In this document: in pieces, positions 48,836 to 56,808 of the stretch
How positions within the stretch are numbered: position 1 is the stretch's first letter
Layout of the letters: every line of letters starts with the position of its first letter
Source: a virus
Virus record (IMG/VR): IMGVR_UViG_3300027906_000003
Coordinates: 1 to 64,000 of that record
DNA length: 64,000 bases
Direction: 5' to 3' (one strand)
Position numbers and translations under genes: made by a program
The notes under the pieces: generated by a model
What the model was told of the DNA's origin: nothing
What the model saw: only the letters and a program-made list of their open reading frames with translations
Database searches by the model: none

Positions 48836-50476
48836 ATGGCAACAGTAATTCAAATCAAACGAAGCACAGGAGTATCCGCACCAGCAGTCTCAGACTTAGC
48901 TGAAGGCGAATTAGCTTATGTGCAGGATAGGTCGAATTCAGGTGCTGGTGCTAAACTATACATCGAATCAGTAGATTCTGATAACTCTACTCCATTAATT
49001 CAAGCAATTGGTGGTAAGTATTATACAGATATCTTAGCTGGTTCAGCTGCGACTCCTGCCAACTTTAAAGTTGGTAATGGTTCAACAGCAGGTGCAAGTT
49101 TACAACTATTAGAAGACAGTGACAACGGAACACATTTCGTTGGATTAAAAGCTGCCGATACAATAGCTTCATCAGTTACCTTTACACTTCCAGCTGCCGA
49201 CGGTTCTGCTAACCAAGTGTTAGGAACAGACGGCTCAGGAACACTTTCGTTCTTATCAACAACATCTACGCTCGCAGGTGCAAGTGATACTAATATCACA
49301 ACACCAGCTGATGCGTCAATGCTTTTATATGACACAGGAACATCGAAATGGATAGACAATGTTATGTCCGGCGATGCTACTATGACAGATGGTGGTGTTT
49401 TAACAATCGCAAACGATGCCGTTGAACAGGCTATGATTGCAGACGACGCTGTTGGTGCAGACCAACTTGCGGCTTCAGCAGTTGTATTTGGTTCATTAGC
49501 AGGTGCGATGGTACAAACATCAGGTGAATCATTTAGTGATGACGATGTCTCATTAATGACTTCAGCTGCAATCTTGGACAAAATCCAAGCAACTGCAACA
49601 CTAGAAGACTTAGATGTCGCTGGTGATTCAGGAACAGGTGCAGTAGATTTAGACTCACAATCATTAACAATCGCTGGTACAGCGAACGAGATTGAAACAT
49701 CTGCTAGTGGACAAACTATAACAGTTGGTCTTCCTAACAATGTGACAGTCGCAAACAATTTAACCGTTTCAGGAAACTTAATATCAGACGATATTACAAC
49801 TGCAACTTTAACAACATCTGGTAACTTAACAGTCACAGGAAACTTGGCCGTTAACGGAACTACAACTACAGTAAACTCAACAACAGTAAATATTGCTGAC
49901 CCTGTATTTGAAATTGGTGACGATTCATCAGATGACAACCTAGACAGAGGTATTAAATTTAAATACAACTCTGGTGGTGCAAAGATTGGTTTCTTCGGAA
50001 TGGATGATACTGACGGTTCTTTTGTTGCTCTATCAAGTGCAACAGATAGTTCATCAGTATTCTCTGGAACTGCAATGGCAGGTAAATTCGGCAACTTAAC
50101 AGCTGCTGGTTTAGCAATGTCAGGAAGTATTTCTTCTTATGCAGGTTCAGCTCCAACAGATGGACAGTTATTAATAGGTGATACAGCTTCAGGAATAATG
50201 GACGCTGCTACTCTTACTGCTGGTGATGGTATTGACATCACTAACGGTGCAGGTGCAATTACGATTGCTACCGAAGTGGGTACTGCTTCTAACTTAGGTT
50301 CTGTAATTATCGCAGTTGGGGAAGGCATGGATGTGGCTTACTCAGGTGGTACTGCTACTCTTTCAGGAGAGGATGCAACTACAACCAATAAAGGTATTGC
50401 AAGTTTTGCTACAGCAAACTTTACAGTATCAAGTGGTGCGGTTTCTATCACAGGTATCGATGGCGGTACATTTTAA
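48836..50476 (+). CDS. tail fibre protein
   Basis: MATVIQIKRS...LAEGELAY; LPAADG..QVL.TDGSG.LSF; GNL.V.GTTTTVNST; C-terminal IDGGTF. Confidence 0.8.
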   Translation: MATVIQIKRSTGVSAPAVSDLAEGELAYVQDRSNSGAGAKLYIESVDSDNSTPLIQAIGGKYYTDILAGSAATPANFKVGNGSTAGASLQLLEDSDNGTHFVGLKAADTIASSVTFTLPAADGSANQVLGTDGSGTLSFLSTTSTLAGASDTNITTPADASMLLYDTGTSKWIDNVMSGDATMTDGGVLTIANDAVEQAMIADDAVGADQLAASAVVFGSLAGAMVQTSGESFSDDDVSLMTSAAILDKIQATATLEDLDVAGDSGTGAVDLDSQSLTIAGTANEIETSASGQTITVGLPNNVTVANNLTVSGNLISDDITTATLTTSGNLTVTGNLAVNGTTTTVNSTTVNIADPVFEIGDDSSDDNLDRGIKFKYNSGGAKIGFFGMDDTDGSFVALSSATDSSSVFSGTAMAGKFGNLTAAGLAMSGSISSYAGSAPTDGQLLIGDTASGIMDAATLTAGDGIDITNGAGAITIATEVGTASNLGSVIIAVGEGMDVAYSGGTATLSGEDATTTNKGIASFATANFTVSSGAVSITGIDGGTF

Positions 50477-50503
50477 TAACGCTTAATCTAACGGAGAATT
50501 CAG

Positions 50504-51331
50504 ATGGCAACAGTAATACAATTCAAAAGAAGTTCTACTCAGAATAGTGTTCCTGCTACTAGTGATTTAGCACTAGGTGAATTAGCAGTCAACACTTACC
50601 ACGGTAGATTCTATACTGAAAAGAACGATGGTTCTGCTTCAGTTGTAGAAGTTGGGTCTAACCCAGCATCTCTTACTGTTAACGACGCATTCTCATTCCC
50701 AACTGCTGACGGTTCTTCGAATCAGGTCTTAAAGACTAATGGTTCAGGAACTTTAGCGTGGTCAGACCAACCAAGTTCAGGCATGGTAGTATTTACATAT
50801 ACAATGTCTGGCACTACAACATCAATCACAGGTAATGATGATAGTTCAAACTCATTATCATATACAAGTGGTTCAGAATCAGTATACATCAACGGTGTTA
50901 AATTAGTTGGAGGTGGTGCAGACTATACTGCAACTAGCTCAACAGTTATAACACTTGCTGAGAATGCTGTATCTGGTGATGTTGTTCAGGTTGTTGCAAT
51001 AACAGCGGCTAGTAATCTAGTCCAAGGTTTCTTCACAACAGGAAGCTTTACAGCTACTACTGCAGACCAGGTCTTATCATCAAACGCAGTTGCGAACAAG
51101 GCAGTTAAGTATGTTATTAACGCCACACACGCGTCAGCAGGAACTCACGCAGCTGAGGTCCTACTGATTAATAATGGTACAAATTCATATTTTGTGCAAT
51201 ACGGTGATGTTTATTCATCATCTTCATTGTTTACTTTGAGTTCAGATATTGATTCAGGAAACATGAGATTACTCGTGACTCCTGCCAATACTAACACAAC
51301 GATAGACACTTTCCAAATTAGACATAGTTAA
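50504..51331 (+). CDS. tail fibre protein
   Basis: MATVIQFKRS...LALGELAVN; VYINGVKL; C-terminal KY...E..L..QYG...RLLVTP domain. Confidence 0.78.
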   Translation: MATVIQFKRSSTQNSVPATSDLALGELAVNTYHGRFYTEKNDGSASVVEVGSNPASLTVNDAFSFPTADGSSNQVLKTNGSGTLAWSDQPSSGMVVFTYTMSGTTTSITGNDDSSNSLSYTSGSESVYINGVKLVGGGADYTATSSTVITLAENAVSGDVVQVVAITAASNLVQGFFTTGSFTATTADQVLSSNAVANKAVKYVINATHASAGTHAAEVLLINNGTNSYFVQYGDVYSSSSLFTLSSDIDSGNMRLLVTPANTNTTIDTFQIRHS

Positions 51332-51341
51332 GGAGTAGAAA

Positions 51342-51752
51342 ATGGCTAAAACAAACGCATTTAAAATCGCTGAGTTAATAAGAGTTTTCTCTTATGATTC
51401 ATCTGCTGATGTTATCACTACTTCTAAGGAACTAGATACTAAACATAGAACTTCAAGTTCTTTGACAACAACTGCAACTACAGAGGTAAATTTAGATACC
51501 TTTGCTCATGCTTCTTATAGAGCAGCGAGATACATTGTGGCAATGTCAAAGGGTTCTGATTTCCATTCTACAGAGATAGTATTAGTTCATGACGGAAGTG
51601 CGGTGACAATGACTCAGTATGGCACACTCAAATCGGCCACTTTGGCATCATTTGATTCAGATATTTCTGGTTCAGATGCACGATTGAGGGTAACTCCAGC
51701 GTCAAGCAGTTCTACGGTTATTAATATTCATAGAGTATTAGTTTCAGCGTAA
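51342..51752 (+). CDS. fibre-associated structural protein
   Basis: DTF...YRAARY...HSTEIVLVHDG...TQYG...RLRVTP. Confidence 0.72.
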   Translation: MAKTNAFKIAELIRVFSYDSSADVITTSKELDTKHRTSSSLTTTATTEVNLDTFAHASYRAARYIVAMSKGSDFHSTEIVLVHDGSAVTMTQYGTLKSATLASFDSDISGSDARLRVTPASSSSTVINIHRVLVSA

Positions 51753-51771
51753 GACTTCTTTATATTATTCG

Positions 51772-51798
51772 AAAGGGGAACTTAGTTCCCCTTTTTTT
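51772..51798 (+). terminator. intrinsic terminator
   Basis: AAAGGGGAAC-TTA-GTTCCCCTTT followed by a T run. Confidence 0.88.
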
Positions 51799-51811
51799 GG
51801 TCTACAAATCT

Positions 51812-51819
51812 TATAAATA
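51812..51819 (+). promoter_or_regulatory. late promoter
   Basis: TATAAATA just after the terminator. Confidence 0.75.
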
Positions 51820-51843
51820 GTATAACACAAGAGATTCTTTTAT

Positions 51844-52680
51844 ATGGCAACAAAATCTAAATTTTATGCAGACTTAGGATTAGAATCAGCAAGTAATTTG
51901 CAAGTTGATGGTAATGCAACCATTACAGGTAATTTAACTGTAAACGGAACAACCGTGACAGTTAATAGTGCCACAACTTCTGTTGCTGATTCAATGTTAG
52001 AACTTGCAAACGGCAATACATCGTCAGATACACTAGACATTGGGTTCTACGGAAACTATAATGACGGTATTGGTAGTGAAAGTGGTGTTTCAGAATATAC
52101 AGGACTCTTTAGAGATGCAAGTGATTCAACATGGAAACTATTTGATGGTTTAGAAGTAGAACCAACTTCAACTGTTAATGTTTCAGGAACAAATTATGCA
52201 CTTGCAGACATGCAGGTAGGTGACTTGACAGCAACAACTCTTACTGCAACAAACAGTATTACAGGTGCTTCGATAGTCTTTCCAACCAGTGACGGAACTA
52301 GTGGACAAGCTATTGTGACTAATGGTTCAGGAACTTTATCATTTGAGACCGTCTCAGGTGGTTTAGATGGTGGAACATTGACAACAACTTCAACTTCTGA
52401 AACTACAATGGATAGTTTTGTAATATCAACATATAGAAGTGGAAAATACCAAATCTCAATATCAGATTCAACTAGTGGAGATTATCAACAAACAGAAATC
52501 TCAGTAGTTCATGACGGAACGAGTGCCTACTTTACCCAATACGGAACGATAACAACAGATACAAGTGAATTGGCAACATTTGGAGTTGATATAAATATCA
52601 ATACCTTACGAATCAGGATAACTCCTGCTTCATCTAATTCAACTGTATTTAAATTTAAGAAAATACTTGTAGATATTTAA
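51844..52680 (+). CDS. tail fibre protein
   Basis: GNLTVNGTTVTVNS, GLFRDASD, DSF...YRSGKY...VHDG...TQYG domain. Confidence 0.75.
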   Translation: MATKSKFYADLGLESASNLQVDGNATITGNLTVNGTTVTVNSATTSVADSMLELANGNTSSDTLDIGFYGNYNDGIGSESGVSEYTGLFRDASDSTWKLFDGLEVEPTSTVNVSGTNYALADMQVGDLTATTLTATNSITGASIVFPTSDGTSGQAIVTNGSGTLSFETVSGGLDGGTLTTTSTSETTMDSFVISTYRSGKYQISISDSTSGDYQQTEISVVHDGTSAYFTQYGTITTDTSELATFGVDININTLRIRITPASSNSTVFKFKKILVDI

Positions 52681-52710
52681 ATTTAGTCCGTGCCGAGAGG
52701 ACACAACTAT

Positions 52711-52718
52711 TATAAATA
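52711..52718 (+). promoter_or_regulatory. late promoter
   Basis: TATAAATA. Confidence 0.72.
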
Positions 52719-52754
52719 TCTGTATACTAACACATTCTAAACTAGGACAGATAT

Positions 52755-53015
52755 ATGGCAACAACAAATACATTTGTAGTAGAATACGGATTGACAGTTG
52801 GAACAACCGAAGTTATAAATTCATCAGGAAAGATACAAGCGGCAGCTATTTCAACCTTAGATTCTGATGACCTTTCGGAAGGTTCTACAAATCAATATTT
52901 TACTAACGCGAGAGCAAGAGGGTCTATATCCTTAGCTTCTGGAGAGACAAATCTCAGTTATAATTCTACATCTGGAGAACTTAGTCTACCAACAGTTAAC
53001 GGAGGTACCATCTAA
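52755..53015 (+). CDS. short fibre connector protein
   Basis: FVVEYGL, EGSTNQYFTNARAR, C-terminal NGGTI. Confidence 0.68.
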   Translation: MATTNTFVVEYGLTVGTTEVINSSGKIQAAAISTLDSDDLSEGSTNQYFTNARARGSISLASGETNLSYNSTSGELSLPTVNGGTI

Positions 53016-55084
53016 TGGCGGGTGAAAAGAACTTTAATATTAAAAATGGACTATCAGTTCAAGGCGTAGAAGTAATAAACTCGTCTGGTGACTTAGTTGC
53101 CGGCGGAGTTGGAACAGCAGTTCAAGAGGCCATTGCAGATAAAATCGGTGGAATACTCAGTGCAACAGGTGGTGCAACTGCAACATACAATGATGGTGCA
53201 GACACTATCGTTATTGATGTTCCAATTACAGATGAAGATAACATGGCATCAAACAGTGCTACTGCTATTCCTTCACAACAATCAGTCAAAGCATATGTAG
53301 ACTCTCAAATCTTAACAAAAGACAATACAGATGAGATAACAGAGGGTTCAACTAATTTATATTTCACAAACGCAAGAGCAGATGCCAGAATTGCAAACGC
53401 AATCAAAGATGAAGATAACATGGCATCAGATAGTGCAACTCATGTTCCTTCACAACAATCTGTTAAGGCTTTTGTAGCCACACAACTTGCAACTAAAGAC
53501 GCATTATCAGAACTTTCAGGTGATTCAGACGATATCACAGAGGGTACAACAAACTTATTCCATACATCTGAAAGAGTTGCAGATGTTGTTGGAGGAATGG
53601 TGACTTCAAATACCGAATCTGGTATAACAGTCACATATGAGGATGGTGATAACACTTTAGACTTTGCAATAGGAACACTAAACCAAAACACAACAGGTTC
53701 AGCAGCTACTCTAACAACTCCAAGAGCAATTTCAGGTACCAACTTTGATGGTTCTGCAGACATTACTTTAACGACTGCCGGAATAACAGAAAACACAAAT
53801 CTCTACTATACAAACGAAAGAGTTGATGATAGAGTCAACGCATTATTGACTGCTGGTACTAACATAACAACATCATACGATGATGCAAATGGTACCTTAA
53901 CAATTAACTCTTCAGGTAAAACAGAAGAAGAAATTGAAGACATTGTAAACGGATTAGTTGTTGGTGGAACAGGAATATCATCAACATATGATGACGCTGC
54001 TGGAACATTAACACTTGCAACTTCTATTACACAATATGCAGATTCAGATGCTAGAGGTGCTATCTCAGTCACAGATTCAGGTGGAGATGGTAGTTTAGCA
54101 TATAATAACTCAACAGGTGTAATAACTTATACAGGACCAAGTGCATCAGAAGTAAGAGCTCATCTAAGTGCTGGAACTGGTGTATCATATTCAGGTGGTG
54201 CAATCAGTATTGGTCAGGCAGTTTCAACTTCTTCAGATGTCACATTTGGGGATATAGCTGCAACAGATATAACACTATCTGGAAACTTAACAGTTAATGG
54301 TACCACAACAACAGCTGCTTCTACTAACACAGTAATCACAGATAGATTGATTGAGTTAGGAAACGGAACAACAGGAACACCAGCAAATGATATGGGTCTT
54401 GTCTTCGAAAGAGGAAGTTCAGACAATGTATTTGTAGGTTGGGACGAAAGTGCAGACGCTGTTACCGTAGGAACAGGTTCATTTACAGGTGCTAGCACAG
54501 GTGATTTAACACATACAGTAGCTAACTTTACTGCTGGTGTTGGAACATTTGCCTCATTAGATATTTCAGGAAACGCAGACATTGACGGAACAATGGAAGC
54601 AGATGCGTATACAGTTGACGGAACTGCATTAAACGAATACATTGCCGATACAGTTGGTGCAATGGTATCGTCAAATACTGAAAGTGGCATCACAGTTGCT
54701 TATCAAGACGGAGACAATACATTAGACTTTACAATCGGAACACTTAACCAAAACACTACAGGTTCAGCGGCAACATTAACAACAGCCAGAGCAATAGCAT
54801 TAGGTGGAGATTTATCAGGTTCTGCAAACTTTGATGGTTCTGCAGATATAACAATTACTGCTACAGTAGCAGATGATTCACACAATCATACAATTGCAAA
54901 TGTAGATGGACTACAAACTGCATTAGATTCAAAATATGATTCAGGTGATAATATTGCAGCGGGAACAATAACAACAACGAATGCAAGTAATTCGGGTGGA
55001 TATGTAAGAAATGTATATCAGTCAACATCTAATCCAGGCAGTAGTGATGGTGCAGTTGGTGACTTATGGATATTATACAGTTAA
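53015..55084 (+). CDS. long tail fibre protein with internal duplications
   Basis: FNIKNGL, EGSTNLYFT repeats, two DEDNMAS..PSQQSVKA and two SNTESGITV modules; C-terminal GDLWILYS. Confidence 0.8.
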   Translation: MAGEKNFNIKNGLSVQGVEVINSSGDLVAGGVGTAVQEAIADKIGGILSATGGATATYNDGADTIVIDVPITDEDNMASNSATAIPSQQSVKAYVDSQILTKDNTDEITEGSTNLYFTNARADARIANAIKDEDNMASDSATHVPSQQSVKAFVATQLATKDALSELSGDSDDITEGTTNLFHTSERVADVVGGMVTSNTESGITVTYEDGDNTLDFAIGTLNQNTTGSAATLTTPRAISGTNFDGSADITLTTAGITENTNLYYTNERVDDRVNALLTAGTNITTSYDDANGTLTINSSGKTEEEIEDIVNGLVVGGTGISSTYDDAAGTLTLATSITQYADSDARGAISVTDSGGDGSLAYNNSTGVITYTGPSASEVRAHLSAGTGVSYSGGAISIGQAVSTSSDVTFGDIAATDITLSGNLTVNGTTTTAASTNTVITDRLIELGNGTTGTPANDMGLVFERGSSDNVFVGWDESADAVTVGTGSFTGASTGDLTHTVANFTAGVGTFASLDISGNADIDGTMEADAYTVDGTALNEYIADTVGAMVSSNTESGITVAYQDGDNTLDFTIGTLNQNTTGSAATLTTARAIALGGDLSGSANFDGSADITITATVADDSHNHTIANVDGLQTALDSKYDSGDNIAAGTITTTNASNSGGYVRNVYQSTSNPGSSDGAVGDLWILYS

Positions 55085-55104
55085 TAACTGTAAGGTGAAA
55101 ATAA

Positions 55105-55977
55105 ATGGTAACAGGTAATCAAAAGGTTAAAACCCCAGCTGGTTGGAATTCAACTAGAGGGGCTTGGGTTAAGACTGCATCAGACACATGGACAGATGTT
55201 GACCAGATTTATGTAAAAACTCCAACAGGTTGGAATAATGCGTCAGGTCAGGCAATTACTCAGAACCCTTACCCATATATTGCGAATAATCAAACCCCTT
55301 ATATTGCTAATGCTCAACAGCCTTATCCTTATATTGCGAATAACCAGACTCCATATATTGCAAATGGTCAACAACCATATCCGTATATAGCAAACAGTCA
55401 GACTCCTTATATAGCAAACGGTCAACAACCTTATCCATATCAGGCAAATAGTCAGACTCCTTATATTGCTAACGCACAACAACCGTATCCATATATTGCG
55501 AATAGTCAATCACCATATATTGCTAATGCAAGACAACCTGCAAAATATCAGAATCCTGTAAATGGACAACAACCCTATATTGCAAATGGTCAAAGAAATG
55601 AGTCATACAGAAATCCTGTAAACTATCAGACACCTTATATTGCAAATGCTAGACAACCTGCACATTATAGGAATCCTGTAAGTTATCGTGTGCCTTATAT
55701 TGCAAATGGTCAACAACCATTTACCTATAATGCAAGGTATCCGGCAACATATCCGGCAAATGCTCAGCAACCATTCACCTACAATGCAAGGTATCCTGCA
55801 ACATATCCGGCAAATGCAAGACAACCATTTACATATAATGCAAGATATCCTGCAAATGCAACATATCCTGCAAACGGACAACAACCGTCTACATATCCGT
55901 TCTTGTATAATGCACCTTATCCATTCTTCCAACCATTTGGTGGCGGCGGTGGTTCACCTAACATGAACTTGAAATAA
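55105..55977 (+). CDS. QPY-repeat filament protein C
   Basis: N-terminal head with three VKT...W motifs, then 26+ x(Q/R)xP units. Confidence 0.8.
   Translation: MVTGNQKVKTPAGWNSTRGAWVKTASDTWTDVDQIYVKTPTGWNNASGQAITQNPYPYIANNQTPYIANAQQPYPYIANNQTPYIANGQQPYPYIANSQTPYIANGQQPYPYQANSQTPYIANAQQPYPYIANSQSPYIANARQPAKYQNPVNGQQPYIANGQRNESYRNPVNYQTPYIANARQPAHYRNPVSYRVPYIANGQQPFTYNARYPATYPANAQQPFTYNARYPATYPANARQPFTYNARYPANATYPANGQQPSTYPFLYNAPYPFFQPFGGGGGSPNMNLK
55258..55875 (+). repeat. coding repeat array C (206 aa)
   Basis: Unit lengths (10,8)x5,(6,6,8)x3,8,10,8,10,8,6,6. Confidence 0.88.
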
Positions 55978-56011
55978 TGGAGTATATAATGAATAAAACG
56001 GAGAACACACA

Positions 56012-56749
56012 ATGGCTATAGGATTTTACTGGACAAGTGCTCAAGGTAACACTAGGTCACCGTTTACTTATCAAGTCCCATTTACATATCGTGTGCCTTA
56101 CATTGCAAATGGTAGGTCACCATTTACTTATCAAGCATCATATCGTGTGCCTTATATTGCGAATGGTAGAAGTCCTTTCACATATCAAGCATCATATCGT
56201 GTGCCTTACATTGCAAATGGTAGGTCACCGTTTACATATAATGCAAGGTATCCGGCAGGTTATAGAAATCCGGTAAGTTATCGAGTTCCGTTTACATATT
56301 CAAATAGACAACCTGCATTATATCAGAATCCTGTAATTTATCAAGTTCCGTTTACTTACAACAATAGGTCTCCGTTTACATACAGAAACCCTGTAGATTA
56401 TAGAATACCGTTTACATATCAGTCAAGACAACCAGGCACATATCAGAGAACAGGACAAACTCCATTCACTTATCAGAATAGACAACCTGGAACATATGAA
56501 ACACAAGGTCAAACACCATTTACCTATCAAAACAGGCAACCAGGAACATATGATAGGCAAGGACAGACTCCATTCACTTATCAGAATAGACAACCTGGAA
56601 CATATGCAAGACAAGGTCAGACTCCATTCACTTATCAGAATAGACAACCTGGAACATATGCTACACAAGGTAGAACACCAGTGTCTCGTTGGGATGGAGT
56701 TTTATCACAAACTTGGCCAGCAGCTCCGTTTGATGCTACAAACTCATAA
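56012..56749 (+). CDS. QPY-repeat filament protein D (mirror partner of C)
   Basis: GGAG RBS; YRVPYIAN, GQTPFTYQ and NRQPGTY units. Confidence 0.8.
   Translation: MAIGFYWTSAQGNTRSPFTYQVPFTYRVPYIANGRSPFTYQASYRVPYIANGRSPFTYQASYRVPYIANGRSPFTYNARYPAGYRNPVSYRVPFTYSNRQPALYQNPVIYQVPFTYNNRSPFTYRNPVDYRIPFTYQSRQPGTYQRTGQTPFTYQNRQPGTYETQGQTPFTYQNRQPGTYDRQGQTPFTYQNRQPGTYARQGQTPFTYQNRQPGTYATQGRTPVSRWDGVLSQTWPAAPFDATNS
56051..56668 (+). repeat. coding repeat array D (206 aa)
   Basis: Unit lengths 6,6,8,10,8,10,8,(8,6,6)x3,(8,10)x5, the reverse of C. Confidence 0.88.
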
Positions 56750-56808
56750 ATCAACTCATAAAATAACACCTAAATATCTGTATTAAACAAACTTAATACA
56801 GGTATTTT

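Noticed and set aside
55258-56668. CRISPR array or DGR template/variable repeats
   Set aside because: Repeat lengths are multiples of 3 with synonymous variation, there are no unique spacers or adenine-specific mismatches, and no cas or reverse transcriptase gene is in the window.
45075-56749. DNA inverted duplication or hairpin as the cause of the mirror symmetry
   Set aside because: Both partners are on the same strand and share direct, not inverted, codon motifs; the reverse complement of one does not encode the other.
45216-56786. Cys/Ile/Arg-rich antisense ORFs and His/Leu/Ile-rich alternative-frame ORFs over the repeat genes
   Set aside because: They are shadows of low-complexity repeats that lack stops in other frames; they have no RBS or promoter and run against or overlap the operon's real genes.
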